DNA of 64,000 nucleotides, from positions 14,477 through 78,476 of the forward strand of contig JBAZKL010000002.1 of the NCBI GenBank assembly GCA_041650835.1, in the 5' to 3' direction. The notes beneath the pieces are model-generated. The model saw nothing but the letters and a program-made list of their open reading frames with translations. It had not been told where the DNA came from and ran no database searches. This document shows positions 46,592-57,796 of this stretch, piece after piece (position 1 is the first letter of the stretch; every line of letters begins with the position of its first letter). Made by a program: the position numbers and the translations under genes. This stretch comes from Candidatus Omnitrophota bacterium (GTDB lineage Bacteria > Omnitrophota > Gorgyraeia > Gygaellales > Profunditerraquicolaceae).

Positions 46592-47963
46592 TGGTGAAAT
46601 AAAGTTCGGGACTGACGGTTGGAGAGGGGTGATCGCGGAAACGTATACGTTTAAGAACGTGAAAATCGTCTCGCAGGCGGTCGCGGATTATTTGGGTAAA
46701 GGAAAGAAAGTAGTCGTCGGTTACGATACCCGCTTCATGTCCGGCCGCTTCGCGCGCACTGCAGCGGAGGTCTTGAACAATAACGGTATCTCGGTGGTCC
46801 TTTCTGATAAGGCCGTCCCGACGCCGACATTGAGCTTTGCGGTAAAAGCAAGAAAATTCGACCTGGGAGTTATGATCACGGCATCACATAATCCCGCGGA
46901 GTATAACGGCTTTAAGATAAAAAACGCTTCAGGAGGCGCGGCGGGCCCTGAAGTAACTCAAGCGGTAGAAAAGCTATTAGGGAAAACTCACCCAAAGACC
47001 GCAGGTGGCCCTTCGAGGATCGTTGTCGATGATATTATGTCCGAACAAGTCGCATTTATACGCTCCTATGTCGATTTTAATAAGATAAAGAACAAGAAGT
47101 TCAAAGTTTTAGTCGACGCGATGTATGGTTCAGGCTATGAATTTCTCGCCTACGTCCTTAAGGGCACGAACATTAAACTTGAATTTATGCGTAATACGGT
47201 CAACCCGTCTTTTGGCGGCAGGCATCCTGAGCCGCTTGAAGAGCTTGTTGAGGAATTAAAATCAAGGGTAAAGAAAGAAAAATTCGACCTGGGGATCGCC
47301 CTCGACGGCGATGCCGACCGGATCGCGGCTGTTGCCGCGGGCGGTGTCTATATTAATCCGCAGAAGATCCTGGGATTGCTCGCGCTCCATTTGAACCAGG
47401 ATAAAAAATACAGCGGCGGCATAGTCAAGACGATCGCCGGTTCGACCATGATCGATAAGATCGCCGGCTTCCTGGGGGTTGAATTGTTTGAGACTCCCGT
47501 TGGCTTTAAATATATTTCTAATCTTATGGAGACCGAGAATATCCTTACCGGCGGCGAGGAAGCAGGCGGTATGGGGGTCAAAGGTTACATCCCTGAGCGC
47601 GACGGTTCGGTAGCGGGCCTATTACTTTTGGAAATGATGGTATACCGGAATAAGGATATCCTGAAGATCTTAAATGAGGCGGAGAAGCAATTTGGAAGGT
47701 ATTATTACCTGCGTGACGACCTGAAAATAAAGAACCCCGTCGTGTTAAAAAAAGAGACGCTCCCGGGAAAATTACTGGGTAAAAAAGTAGTGGAAGTTAA
47801 GGATTATGACGGGATAAAAATGATCTGTGAGGACGAAAGCTGGCTCATGTTCCGCGCCTCAGGCACCGAGCCTATCGTGCGTATTTATACTGAATCGAAA
47901 AGTTTAGAGAGGTCCCGGCTGTTGATAGCCCTGGGCCGAAAGCTTATCGGGGGTAATCCGTAA
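46581..47963 (+). CDS. Phosphoglucomutase/phosphomannomutase family protein
   Basis: Active-site TASHNPAEYNGFK and GGEEAGG. Confidence 0.85.
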   Translation: MHGNGEIKFGTDGWRGVIAETYTFKNVKIVSQAVADYLGKGKKVVVGYDTRFMSGRFARTAAEVLNNNGISVVLSDKAVPTPTLSFAVKARKFDLGVMITASHNPAEYNGFKIKNASGGAAGPEVTQAVEKLLGKTHPKTAGGPSRIVVDDIMSEQVAFIRSYVDFNKIKNKKFKVLVDAMYGSGYEFLAYVLKGTNIKLEFMRNTVNPSFGGRHPEPLEELVEELKSRVKKEKFDLGIALDGDADRIAAVAAGGVYINPQKILGLLALHLNQDKKYSGGIVKTIAGSTMIDKIAGFLGVELFETPVGFKYISNLMETENILTGGEEAGGMGVKGYIPERDGSVAGLLLLEMMVYRNKDILKILNEAEKQFGRYYYLRDDLKIKNPVVLKKETLPGKLLGKKVVEVKDYDGIKMICEDESWLMFRASGTEPIVRIYTESKSLERSRLLIALGRKLIGGNP

Positions 47964-48562
47964 TGATATATGCGTGCTTACGCTTTCTTTCCTTCCTGGT
48001 CTTAAGGGTGTTTTTCGGGCTGCGGGTGACCGGAGTTGAGAATATACCGAAAACCGGCGGGTTTATTGTGGCGGGCAACCACGTGAGTTATTTTGACCCG
48101 GTTACTTTCGGCGTCGCTTGTTCCCGCATGAAGCTTAATTATATGGCCAAAGAGGAGCTTTTTACCAGGCCGCTTTTAGGCTGGCTCCTGCCGAGACTGC
48201 ATGTTTTTTCCGTGAGAAGGAATTCCGCCGATTTAGGCGCGATAAAAGAATCTATGCGAAGAGTAAAAAAAGGAGAAGGATTATTGTTGTTTCCTGAAGG
48301 CAGGCGTGTCAGTGAAGGTACTCCGGGTGAGCCTCTCCCCGGAGTCGGCTTCCTGGCTTCTAAACTCGGGGTCCCGGTTGTCCCTGCTTTTATTGAAGGT
48401 TCCGATAAAGTTTTACCCGTACACGCAAAGCGCATACATTTTGCGCGTATCCAGGTACGGTTTGGCAAGCAAATTTCCGTGGAAAGGAGGTTGCCGTATC
48501 AAGATGCTGCGCGAAATATCATGGATCAGATCAGGCAACTTTCATGTCAATTCCCCTGTTAG
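47963..48562 (+). CDS. plsC: 1-acyl-sn-glycerol-3-phosphate acyltransferase
   Basis: HxxxxD motif NHVSYFD and FPEGRR. Confidence 0.8.
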   Translation: MIYACLRFLSFLVLRVFFGLRVTGVENIPKTGGFIVAGNHVSYFDPVTFGVACSRMKLNYMAKEELFTRPLLGWLLPRLHVFSVRRNSADLGAIKESMRRVKKGEGLLLFPEGRRVSEGTPGEPLPGVGFLASKLGVPVVPAFIEGSDKVLPVHAKRIHFARIQVRFGKQISVERRLPYQDAARNIMDQIRQLSCQFPC

Positions 48563-48941
48563 CTCTCTTGTCGCCGCTTATTCCGCGTTGTTTTTTCTTT
48601 ACAGGGCTTTTAGCCGGAGTATCAGTTTTTTTGTCCCGGTATACCTCGAGAAAAAACTTCCGGTTTCGCAGACTCTTTAGACGGCAAACGCTTCAATTGT
48701 TTTTGTTCGAAGTATATTGTAGAAATGTTGTTTTTCATGAGTGTTTTGGCTTTAACTCATGAACTTTGCGTTAAAATCTCTCGTGAAGGAGGTGTTGTGA
48801 GCGGTAGTGAATATTCATAAAAGTATCGATCGCTTATTATACGGATAAGCTTTATATTTGCTTTTAATTACACAAATTAAAAAGCCGGGGGCGATTAGAG
48901 AAGCAAAGCTTCGTTGCGAACCGGTCAATAGGGAGGAACCA

Positions 48942-50486
48942 ATGTTGTCAGAAAAAGAAACACTTGATCAGTTATATAATGAAAGTATTAAGATAGTCCG
49001 GGAAGGCCAGATCGTAAAAGGTAAGGTCGTTTCCGTTAAGCCTAAGGGAGTTTTAATCGATGTCGGTTTTAAGTCCGAGGGCGTAGTCCCGCTTCTTGAA
49101 TTCAGCAAAGAGGAGCTGGAGATCGGCAACGAACTTGATTTCTTCGTTGAGTCCATTGAAGATGAATCGGGGATGATCGTCCTGTCGCGTGAAAAATCCC
49201 GGCGTATCCAGGGTTGGGACCGCGTCGTCAAATATTCCCAGGATGGAACGCTGGTCGAAGGCTATATCAGTAAAAAAGTGAAAGGCGGCTTTTTGGTCGA
49301 TGTTATGGGTATCGAAGGCTTCTTGCCGGCTTCACTTTCCGCGTTTAAAGGGCAGACTGACAAAGAGATCCTGAACAAAACCTTTAAATTCAAGATCATT
49401 AAGATCAATAAGCTGCGTTACAGCATCATTTTGTCCAGACGGGAAGCAGTGCAAAAAGAACGCGATGAGATGAAAGATAAGCTGTGGCGTGAATTAAAGC
49501 CGAAGTCGATTTACACGGGCACCGTTAAAGCTATTACCGATTTCGGGGCTTTTATCGATTTAGGCGGGGTTGACGGCCTGCTGCATATAACCGATATGTC
49601 ATGGTCGAAAGTCGCGCATCCGTCAGAGATCGTTGCCGTGGGAGACAGGATCGAGGTCATGGTCTTAGGGCTCGATCAGGCGGCAAACAAGATATCTCTT
49701 GGTTTAAAACAGCGCCTGCCGGATCCCTGGCAGGATATTGAAACTAAATACAGCATTGGCACCCAGGTAAAAGGTAAAATAGTCAATATTCTCCCCTACG
49801 GTGTCTTTGTCGAACTTGAAAAAGGCATTGAAGGCCTGGTCCATATTTCCGAGATCTCATGGACGAAAAAAGTCAATAATCCTAACGAAGTTTTTGCTAT
49901 CGGCGATACGGTCGAAGCGCAAGTCTTGAGTTTGGATAAAGATTCGCGCAAGATCGCTTTGAGCTTAAAGCAGCTTGAGCAAAACCCCTGGATCGACGCG
50001 GAATCGAAATTCCCCCAGGGCACTAAAGTTCAGGGTAAAGTTAAAGGATTTACCAAGTATGGCGTGTTTATCGAACTGGACAGTAATTTGGAAGGCATGG
50101 TCCATATATCCGATATGTCCTGGACGAAGCGCATCTCTCATCCGCAGGATGTCCTGAAAAAAGGCCAAAAGATAGAAGCGATCGTGCTTTCTATCGACAG
50201 CCAGAATCAAAGGATCGCCCTGGGATTAAAACAGCTGCAGCCTAATCCTTGGTCGGAAATAGCTTTAAAATACCCGCTTGAATCGTACCTGGAAGAAGTG
50301 GAAGTCGCCAGCATCACCGACTTTGGCGTATTTGTAAAGATCGAAGAGGATTTAGAGGGCTTGATCTATGCCAGCGAGATCGATAAAGATGTCGTCTCCG
50401 GCCTTAAAGTCGGCGATAAAATCAGAGTTAAAGTCATTAAGATCGATATCGAGCAGGGAAAGATCGGGTTGTCTGCTAAAATCTAA
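48942..50486 (+). CDS. rpsA: 30S ribosomal protein S1
   Basis: Six S1 domains. GGGAGG Shine-Dalgarno before ATG 48942; the track start 48858 is less likely. Confidence 0.85.
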   Translation: MLSEKETLDQLYNESIKIVREGQIVKGKVVSVKPKGVLIDVGFKSEGVVPLLEFSKEELEIGNELDFFVESIEDESGMIVLSREKSRRIQGWDRVVKYSQDGTLVEGYISKKVKGGFLVDVMGIEGFLPASLSAFKGQTDKEILNKTFKFKIIKINKLRYSIILSRREAVQKERDEMKDKLWRELKPKSIYTGTVKAITDFGAFIDLGGVDGLLHITDMSWSKVAHPSEIVAVGDRIEVMVLGLDQAANKISLGLKQRLPDPWQDIETKYSIGTQVKGKIVNILPYGVFVELEKGIEGLVHISEISWTKKVNNPNEVFAIGDTVEAQVLSLDKDSRKIALSLKQLEQNPWIDAESKFPQGTKVQGKVKGFTKYGVFIELDSNLEGMVHISDMSWTKRISHPQDVLKKGQKIEAIVLSIDSQNQRIALGLKQLQPNPWSEIALKYPLESYLEEVEVASITDFGVFVKIEEDLEGLIYASEIDKDVVSGLKVGDKIRVKVIKIDIEQGKIGLSAKI

Positions 50487-50503
50487 GAAGGATATCCCTA
50501 TTC

Positions 50504-50535
50504 AAAGTACGGGCTCCTTTTCGGGCCCGTACTTT
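50504..50535. other. 11-bp-stem hairpin between rpsA and tyrS (no U-tract)
   Basis: AAAGTACGGGC-tccttttcgg-GCCCGTACTTT. Confidence 0.4.
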
Positions 50536-50557
50536 GACCACGGGTTGTTTATTCGAA

Positions 50558-51739
50558 ATGACCGAGATAAAAAAGCAATTAGAGATAATCAAACGCGGCG
50601 CCGTAAATATCATTTCTGAAGAGGAATTGATCAAGAAACTCCAGGTATCCGCGAGTGAGAACCGGCCGCTCATTATTAAAGCCGGGTTTGATCCTACTGC
50701 CCCCGATATCCACCTCGGGCATACCGTACTTTTGAGAAAGCTGCGCCAGTTTCAGGATTTGGGGCATTTGGTTTATTTTCTCATCGGAGATTTTACGGCC
50801 CGTATCGGGGATCCTACCGGAAGGTCAGTGACGCGTAAAACCCTCAATAAGACAGAAGTGCTGGAAAACGCCCAAACCTATAAACAACAGGTGAGTAAGA
50901 TCCTGGATATGGAAAGGGCAAAAATAGTCTTTAACAGTTCATGGTTTGACGCTATGACCGTCGTTGAGCTGCTGCAATTGACCATGCACGCGACGGTAAG
51001 CCAGATGCTCGCCCGTGCTGACTTTAAAAAGCGCCTTGAACAGAAGCAGGACGTTTGCCTCCTTGAATTTATGTATCCTATCCTCCAGGGGTATGATTCC
51101 GTCATGCTTAAAAGCGATGTCGAGATCGGGGGGACCGACCAGATATTCAACCTGCTTATGGGGCGCGACCTTCAAAGAGACTATAACCAGGAGCAGCAAG
51201 TCGTCATTACCATGCCGCTTTTGGAAGGTACCGACGGCGTGCAGAAGATGAGTAAGTCATTTGATAATTATATCGGTATCAATGAAACCCCAAAAAACAA
51301 GTTCGGAAAGATCATGTCGATCTCAGATGAGCTCATGTATAAATATTTTACCCTGTTGACCGATGAAGACCTCGACGCGGTTAAAAACATGCATCCGAAA
51401 GCGGCGAAAGAAAGGCTGGCAGAGCTGATCATCAGTTGTTATGATTCAACTGAAGCCGCGCAAGCGGCACTGGGAGAGTTTAAACGCGTTTTTAGCGATA
51501 AAGAATTGCCTGAGGATATTCCGGTTTTAGAGCTCACTGCGGCCCGCGGAGTCCTGGATATTATCATCTGCGCAGGCATCGCCAAAAGCCGCAATGAAGT
51601 TAGGCGACTGGTCCAGCAGGGCGCGGTAACCTTTGACGGCGCCAAGGTAAGCGACGAAAATCTTCAAGTCATTAAAACAGGTATTTTAAAAGTCGGCAGC
51701 CGCCGTTTCCTTAAAATAATCGTATCTCCATCGCGTTAG
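50558..51739 (+). CDS. tyrS: Tyrosyl-tRNA synthetase
   Basis: HIGH motif (PDIHLGH), KMSKS and a C-terminal S4 domain. ATG 50558 is preferred over the TTG at 50534. Confidence 0.9.
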   Translation: MTEIKKQLEIIKRGAVNIISEEELIKKLQVSASENRPLIIKAGFDPTAPDIHLGHTVLLRKLRQFQDLGHLVYFLIGDFTARIGDPTGRSVTRKTLNKTEVLENAQTYKQQVSKILDMERAKIVFNSSWFDAMTVVELLQLTMHATVSQMLARADFKKRLEQKQDVCLLEFMYPILQGYDSVMLKSDVEIGGTDQIFNLLMGRDLQRDYNQEQQVVITMPLLEGTDGVQKMSKSFDNYIGINETPKNKFGKIMSISDELMYKYFTLLTDEDLDAVKNMHPKAAKERLAELIISCYDSTEAAQAALGEFKRVFSDKELPEDIPVLELTAARGVLDIIICAGIAKSRNEVRRLVQQGAVTFDGAKVSDENLQVIKTGILKVGSRRFLKIIVSPSR

Positions 51740-51752
51740 AGGAGGCTTTCCT

Positions 51753-53048
51753 ATGCAGAAGGTCGCGGTAATCGGGGCAGGGTATGTAGGGCTAGTGACG
51801 GCGGTATGTTTTGCCGAATTAGGCAACCGTGTCGTCTGCGTCGATAATGACCCGGGCAAGATCGCTCTTTTGAAAAAAGGCCATGTTCCGATATATGAAC
51901 CGGGACTGGAAGCGCTGCTTAAGAAAAACGTTGCTTCGAAGCGGTTGGTTTTTTCCGGAAGCATAAAAGACGCGACCCTGCAATCGCAGGTGATCTTTAT
52001 CTGCGTTGGTACTCCGCCGCGCGATGACGGGAGCGCCGACCTGTCGGCTATTGAGAAAGTCGCCGAAACCATCGCCCGCGCGATGACCGAATATAAGGTC
52101 ATTATTGAAAAAAGCACGGTGCCGGCTGAAACGGGAGAGAAGATCAAGCGTACCATAGCAATGAACCGTGCCGGCGGTGTCGGCTTTGATGTTGTTTCAA
52201 ATCCCGAATTCCTGCGGGAAGGCCAGGCAATAGAAGATACGATGCACCCGGAGCGTATTGTGATCGGCTTGGAAAGCAAAAAAGCTGAAAAGATCATGCG
52301 CGATCTGTTTAAGCCGATCAAAGCGCCGATAATCGTGACTGATATTGAAAGCGCGGAGATCATAAAGCACGCTTCGAATTCATTCCTGGCAACAAAGATA
52401 TCGTTTATAAACGCGGTGGCCTGCGTCTGCGAGAAGGTCGGAGCCGATGTTGAAAAGGTCGCCCTCGGCATGGGGTATGATAAGCGTATAGGCAAGGCGT
52501 TTTTGCGGGCGGGCGCCGGATTCGGCGGTTTTTGTTTCCCTAAAGACCTGGACGCGTTCATTCATCTGGCCCATCATAAAGGATACGAGTTTGAGCTGCT
52601 CAAACTCGTGCGTAAAATAAACGACGGGCAGAAAAAACTGCTGATTAAGAAGATCGAAGACGCGCTTTGGATAATCAAAGATAAGACTATCGCTGTTTTA
52701 GGCTTAAGCTTTAAGCCTGATACCGATGATACGCGCTGTTCGGTAGCCATCGATGTGATCAGGATGCTTCAGGCCGCAGGCGCGGTGATCCGCGCGTACG
52801 ACCCCCAGGCTATGGCGAAAGCGCGCCTCCTCCTGGAAAACGTTACTTTCTGCAAGAGCCCTTATGAAGCGGTAAAAATGAGCAATTGCCTTTTGATCAT
52901 GACAGAGTGGGATGAGTTCCGCGCCCTGGATTTTGCCCGTATCAAGAAGCTCCTGCGACAGCCGGTCATTGTCGACGGACGCAATATGTTCGAGTGCGCA
53001 GAGATGAAAAGGCGGGGGTTTGTCTATAAATCTTTCGGGCGCGAGTAA
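51753..53048 (+). CDS. ugd: UDP-glucose 6-dehydrogenase
   Basis: GAGYVGLVTAVCFAELG Rossmann fold and catalytic Cys (GGFCFPKD). Confidence 0.85.
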   Translation: MQKVAVIGAGYVGLVTAVCFAELGNRVVCVDNDPGKIALLKKGHVPIYEPGLEALLKKNVASKRLVFSGSIKDATLQSQVIFICVGTPPRDDGSADLSAIEKVAETIARAMTEYKVIIEKSTVPAETGEKIKRTIAMNRAGGVGFDVVSNPEFLREGQAIEDTMHPERIVIGLESKKAEKIMRDLFKPIKAPIIVTDIESAEIIKHASNSFLATKISFINAVACVCEKVGADVEKVALGMGYDKRIGKAFLRAGAGFGGFCFPKDLDAFIHLAHHKGYEFELLKLVRKINDGQKKLLIKKIEDALWIIKDKTIAVLGLSFKPDTDDTRCSVAIDVIRMLQAAGAVIRAYDPQAMAKARLLLENVTFCKSPYEAVKMSNCLLIMTEWDEFRALDFARIKKLLRQPVIVDGRNMFECAEMKRRGFVYKSFGRE

Positions 53049-53084
53049 GTCAACGGTTTACAACCTAAACGTAAAGGCTAAAAA

Positions 53085-54026
53085 ATGAACATACTTGTTA
53101 CCGGCGGCGCCGGATTCATCGGGTCTCACTTATGTTCGCGGCTCTTGTCAAAAGGCTGCCGCGTTATCTGCGTCGATAATTTTATCACCAGTTCCCCGGA
53201 TAATATCCGCAAGCTGCGTAAGGACAAAAAATTCCAATTCATCCGCCATGATATTTCACAGCCGCTTAAGGTCTCCTGTTCATTGGACTGGGTGATGCAT
53301 TTTGCTTCTCTCGCTTCTCCGAAAGACTACCTGCGGTATCCGATCAAGACTTTAAAAGCCGGGACATTAGGCACGTATAACTGTTTAGGGATAGCGAAAG
53401 CTAAATCTGCAAGATTCTTCCTGGCTTCAACTTCAGAGGTTTACGGCGACCCCCAGATTTCCCCGCAGCCGGAGAAATACTGGGGCAATGTTAATCCCGT
53501 GGGGGTGCGCTCATGCTATGACGAATCCAAGCGTGCCGCTGAAGCTTTGAGCTTTGCTTATATGCGAGAACACGCGCTTTCGATCAAAGTGATCAGGATC
53601 TTTAATACGTACGGTCCGCTCATGCGTATTGATGATGGCAGGGTAGTTTCTAATTTTATTCATCAGGCTTTGACGGGGGAACCCTTGACGGTCTACGGCA
53701 AAGGCGATCAGACGCGCTCGTTCTGTTATGTGGATGACTTGATCGACGGGATCACTGCCTTTATGAAAGTCGCCGATCCGGGACCTTTAAACCTGGGGAC
53801 GCCGTTTGAATTTACTGTCCTGGAACTGGCGAAAAAGGTTTTGTCGCTGACTCACTCGAAATCAAAGGTGCGTTTCCTTCGCCTGCCTGAGGATGACCCG
53901 AAGCAGCGCAAGCCCGAGCTGACGAAAGCAAAAAAACTTATTGCCTGGAAGCCTCGCGTTACTTTGGATGAAGGACTGGCACGCACCATAGCCTATTTTC
54001 AATCGCAAATAAAAAAGAAACGATGA
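53085..54026 (+). CDS. UDP-glucuronate decarboxylase (UDP-xylose synthase-like SDR)
   Basis: [15 protein letters not shown] and YDESKR catalytic motif. It is short (313 aa), typical of UXS, and lies directly after ugd. Confidence 0.7.
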   Translation: MNILVTGGAGFIGSHLCSRLLSKGCRVICVDNFITSSPDNIRKLRKDKKFQFIRHDISQPLKVSCSLDWVMHFASLASPKDYLRYPIKTLKAGTLGTYNCLGIAKAKSARFFLASTSEVYGDPQISPQPEKYWGNVNPVGVRSCYDESKRAAEALSFAYMREHALSIKVIRIFNTYGPLMRIDDGRVVSNFIHQALTGEPLTVYGKGDQTRSFCYVDDLIDGITAFMKVADPGPLNLGTPFEFTVLELAKKVLSLTHSKSKVRFLRLPEDDPKQRKPELTKAKKLIAWKPRVTLDEGLARTIAYFQSQIKKKR

Positions 54027-55048
54027 CGCTCTCTTTAACGGAGAAAGCGCGGTTTAGTATCGACCGGAATAACCGCTTGCGCATTACCGACGGCAGTAAC
54101 AGTATCGCTCCTGCCGGCAGCTTCTCAATCGGTGCCGCGCAACGCCTTATCTATACGCTGCACGAAAGCCCCTCCTGGAGAAAAGCTAACGGCGCAATTC
54201 CCTCAAAATTAACCTTTGACGGCGCATGGCGACTGACCCCTGATTACAACCTGGAATTGATCCGTACCCCTTTCGGCGGCTCCGCGCGGAAAGAACTGCT
54301 TGTTTTGAGATGCAATTCATTGATCAATAAATCCGATTCACTTGTCTTTGAGCTTATCGGTTCTCACGGTCAACAGCGGGATTCCCTTCAATCAATATCG
54401 TTAAAAGGAAAATGGCAGGCTGACGAGCAAAACAGGCTCGTCTTTTATGCAACGGGTAAGCCGGCTGCCTCCAAGATTGTATTGGGGGGCGCCTGGGAAC
54501 TTAACAAAAACCAGCAGGTAGTATATAGTTTTGAGAAGGCCGACCTTAAGACTAAAACAAAAAAGACGCATGAGCTTTTATTCGAAGGCTTCTGGAAGAT
54601 AGATTCCCGTAACCGCTTAAGCTATAGCCTCTCAGGGAGCACTCGCTCGAGCTTTTCCTTTCGCGCGCAGCTTGAAAGTCCAAACTTGTATCCTGCCGAC
54701 AATATGATAAAATACCGTATAGGCATCGGTTTAGCGCGGCAGGCGGGTGAAAAACAAAAGACCATTTCTCTCTACGGGGTATGGAAGATCGGCCGCAGGT
54801 ATTCACCTGTCTTTGAAATGCAATACGCTCACGGCCGTATCCGGAGAATGGAGTTCGGCTCAAGGGTATCGGTCAACAGAAATAATGAAGTCATGCTGGC
54901 GCTTGTTAGCCGCGAGCATGAGCCGCTCGGTATTACCTTAACCTATACGCGTAATTTTTCCAAGAAGCTTGATGCCCGGGCTTTTGTGCGCTTGCGCAAG
55001 TCTTCGCGTGAAAATGCCGTGGAAGCGGGGATCAGTTTCCCGTTTTAA
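54023..55048 (+). CDS. Internally repetitive hypothetical protein
   Basis: 341 aa with at least 5 degenerate repeats of a G-x-W-[+/E]...L.[FY] strand motif (GAWRLTPDYNLELI, GKWQADEQNRLVFYAT, GAWELNKNQQVVYSF, GFWKIDSRNRLSYSL, GVWKIGRRYSPVFEM). No signal peptide. Its start overlaps the UXS stop by 4 nt. Confidence 0.5.
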   Translation: MTLSLTEKARFSIDRNNRLRITDGSNSIAPAGSFSIGAAQRLIYTLHESPSWRKANGAIPSKLTFDGAWRLTPDYNLELIRTPFGGSARKELLVLRCNSLINKSDSLVFELIGSHGQQRDSLQSISLKGKWQADEQNRLVFYATGKPAASKIVLGGAWELNKNQQVVYSFEKADLKTKTKKTHELLFEGFWKIDSRNRLSYSLSGSTRSSFSFRAQLESPNLYPADNMIKYRIGIGLARQAGEKQKTISLYGVWKIGRRYSPVFEMQYAHGRIRRMEFGSRVSVNRNNEVMLALVSREHEPLGITLTYTRNFSKKLDARAFVRLRKSSRENAVEAGISFPF

Positions 55049-55083
55049 CGCCTTCGCGGTGATTTTAAAATAAGGGGTGAGTT

Positions 55084-55956
55084 ATGAAAGGGATCATTTT
55101 AGCAGGAGGCAGGGCGACGAGGCTCTATCCGGTCACGCGCGCGGTATGTAAACAATTACTGCCCGTCTATGATAAACCGATGATTTATTACCCATTGTCG
55201 ACATTGTTGATGACGGGTAAGATCAGGGATATTCTTATTATTTCGACTTCTGAGGCCCTTCCCGCGTTTAAGGACCTTCTGGGTAACGGATTTTCCTTAG
55301 GTATAAATATTTCGTACGCCGTCCAGGAGGAGCCCACCGGTATTGCTTCCAGTTTTCTGATCGGCGAGAAATTTATCGGAAGGGACAGGGTCTGTTTGAT
55401 CCTGGGAGATAATATTTTTTACGGGGACCATTTTTCACGGATCCTCAAATCAGGTTCTGATAAGCGGGGAGGGACGGTCATTTTCGGCTACCAGGTCAAA
55501 GATCCCGGGCGTTACGGAGTGATCAAATTCAATAAAGATTACAAAGTGCTTTCCATTCAAGAAAAGCCCAAGAAGCCGGAGTCCCACTGGGTGGTAACGG
55601 GCCTCTATTTCTATGATAATGATGTTGTGCGTATCGCTAAAAATCTTAAGCCTTCTTTGAGGGGGGAGCTTGAGATCACCGATGTTAATAACGAATATTT
55701 GAGGAAGGGCCGGTTGAAAGTACAGCTGCTCAACAGAGGGTGCGCCTGGCTTGATACCGGGACGCATGATTCCCTGATCAGCGCTTCCAGCTTTGTCCAG
55801 ACGATCGAAGACCGGCAGGGCTTAAAGATAGGCTGTATCGAAGAAGTGGCATACCGGATGGGTTATATTAATGCTGAACAGCTTTTGCGGCTGGCAAATT
55901 CAAGTTTAACCGGATATGGTGATTATCTTAAGGGGATCGTGAAAGATGAAAAATAA
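55084..55956 (+). CDS. rfbA: Glucose-1-phosphate thymidylyltransferase RmlA
   Basis: MKGIILAGGRATRLYPVT...KQLLPVYDKPMIYYPL. Confidence 0.9.
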   Translation: MKGIILAGGRATRLYPVTRAVCKQLLPVYDKPMIYYPLSTLLMTGKIRDILIISTSEALPAFKDLLGNGFSLGINISYAVQEEPTGIASSFLIGEKFIGRDRVCLILGDNIFYGDHFSRILKSGSDKRGGTVIFGYQVKDPGRYGVIKFNKDYKVLSIQEKPKKPESHWVVTGLYFYDNDVVRIAKNLKPSLRGELEITDVNNEYLRKGRLKVQLLNRGCAWLDTGTHDSLISASSFVQTIEDRQGLKIGCIEEVAYRMGYINAEQLLRLANSSLTGYGDYLKGIVKDEK

Positions 55957-56800
55957 AATCCTTGTCCTGGGAGAAGGTTTTATCGGCACCCGTATCAAAG
56001 AAGCATTGTCGGCTGAGAGCTCCGGCAGCAGGATCTCGAGCTTTGACGACGCGCGGAAGCTCGTGCGCAGGCATAAGCCTGAGATCATCATTAATTGCAT
56101 CGGCCATATAGGCGAAAATGTCGACCAATGCGAGATGGATAAAGATAAAACATTGCTTGCCAATACGTTTGTGCCGTTCATGCTCGCGGAGATAGCGCTG
56201 CGTAATAACATAAAGCTGGTGCATATTTCCAGCGGTTGTATTTATCATTACGATTACGCGGGCGACCGGCCTTTGACGGAGGAAGCCCGGCCCGATTTCT
56301 TCGACCTTTTCTACAGCCGCACTAAGATCTATTCTGAAGAGGGCCTGCGTGTTTTGTCAGCCGCGTACCCGGTTTTGATCTTGCGCATACGCATTCCGCT
56401 CGATAACCGCCCGTATAAGAGGAATTTATTGACCAAGCTGATCGGTTTTCCCGGTGTCATCGACGTGCCGAATTCAATCACCTACGTCCCTGATTTTCTC
56501 CTCGCGCTCAAACACCTGCTTTTCTCCGGTGCCAGAGGCATATATAATGTCGTTAATAAGGGAGGGTTACGTTACCCCGAGCTCCTGGATGTGTATAAAA
56601 AATATGTCCCTGATTTTTCCTACCGGGTGATCGATTACAAGAAATTAAAACTCATCAGGACTAACCTGCTTTTGTCTGTCCGTAAACTGGAAAAAAGCGG
56701 CTTTACCGTGCGTTCTATCCGCGACTGCCTTGATGAATGCGTCAGTCAGTATTGCGGGGGAGCCCTCGCTTCCGCGCGCCGTAAAGGAGGAATCGTATGA
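55946..56800 (+). CDS. rfbD: dTDP-4-dehydrorhamnose reductase RmlD
   Basis: KILVLGEGFIGTRI Rossmann fold. RmlD-like length (284 aa) and context. Confidence 0.75.
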   Translation: MKNKILVLGEGFIGTRIKEALSAESSGSRISSFDDARKLVRRHKPEIIINCIGHIGENVDQCEMDKDKTLLANTFVPFMLAEIALRNNIKLVHISSGCIYHYDYAGDRPLTEEARPDFFDLFYSRTKIYSEEGLRVLSAAYPVLILRIRIPLDNRPYKRNLLTKLIGFPGVIDVPNSITYVPDFLLALKHLLFSGARGIYNVVNKGGLRYPELLDVYKKYVPDFSYRVIDYKKLKLIRTNLLLSVRKLEKSGFTVRSIRDCLDECVSQYCGGALASARRKGGIV

Positions 56801-57777
56801 AGCTTTTAGTTACCGGAGGAGCCGGGTTTATCGGGAGTGAATTTGTCAGGCAGTCGCTCGGGAAGAAGCATAAGGTCATTGTCCTTGACGCATTGACCTA
56901 TGCCGGCGACCTGAAGCGCTTGGATGAGGTAAAGGGGAGATTCGCCTTATATAAAGCGGATATTTGCGACCGCAGGGCGCTGGCAGGGATATTCAAGAAA
57001 GAAAAACCCGACATGGTGGTCAATTTTGCCGCGGAGTCGCATGTGGACCGTAGTATCCGGGACGCGGCTCCTTTTATTAAAACGAATGTTTCCGGAACAG
57101 AGGCCCTTTTAGCTGTTTCGCGGCTTTATGGAATAAAGCGTTTCGTGCATATTTCGACGGATGAAGTTTACGGCGATATTAAACGAGGTAGGTTCGTAGA
57201 AGGCGACCCGCTCAATCCGAGCAGCCCCTACGCGGCCTCCAAGGCGGCCGCCGACCTGTTGATAAAGTCTTATGTGCGCACGTATTCGTTGCCCGCGGTC
57301 ATCATCCGCCCCAGTAATAATTACGGGCCGTGGCAGTATCCTGAAAAATTTATCCCCCTTTCGATCATGAAGCTGTTACACGGAGAAAAGATCCCGCTTT
57401 ACGCAGACGGAAGAAATGTCCGCGAATGGCTTTTTGTCGAAGACTGCGCCAGGGGTATCCTTAAAATAATGAGCAGCGCAAAAAACGGTGAGATCTATAA
57501 CCTCGGCAGTGATATTGAAAAACAAAATATAGACGTGGCAAAAATGATCTTGTCGGCTTTAAAGCTTTCTGCCGGAAGGATAGAATTCGTCAAAGACAGG
57601 CCCGGCCACGATATCCGTTACCGCCTTGATTCATCGAAATTAAAGCGCCAGGCCTCCTGGAAGGCGCAGGTAAGCCTGCCTGCCGGATTGCTTAAGACTA
57701 TAACCTGGTGCCGCCGCAACGAAGCGTGGTTATCGAGCAAACGCAAGGACATTTCAGATTTTTATAAGAGCCGTTGA
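56797..57777 (+). CDS. rfbB: dTDP-glucose 4,6-dehydratase RmlB
   Basis: [24 protein letters not shown] (YxxxK) and STDEVYG. Confidence 0.85.
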   Translation: MKLLVTGGAGFIGSEFVRQSLGKKHKVIVLDALTYAGDLKRLDEVKGRFALYKADICDRRALAGIFKKEKPDMVVNFAAESHVDRSIRDAAPFIKTNVSGTEALLAVSRLYGIKRFVHISTDEVYGDIKRGRFVEGDPLNPSSPYAASKAAADLLIKSYVRTYSLPAVIIRPSNNYGPWQYPEKFIPLSIMKLLHGEKIPLYADGRNVREWLFVEDCARGILKIMSSAKNGEIYNLGSDIEKQNIDVAKMILSALKLSAGRIEFVKDRPGHDIRYRLDSSKLKRQASWKAQVSLPAGLLKTITWCRRNEAWLSSKRKDISDFYKSR

Positions 57778-57796
57778 AGTTCAGTCCCATCAAATA

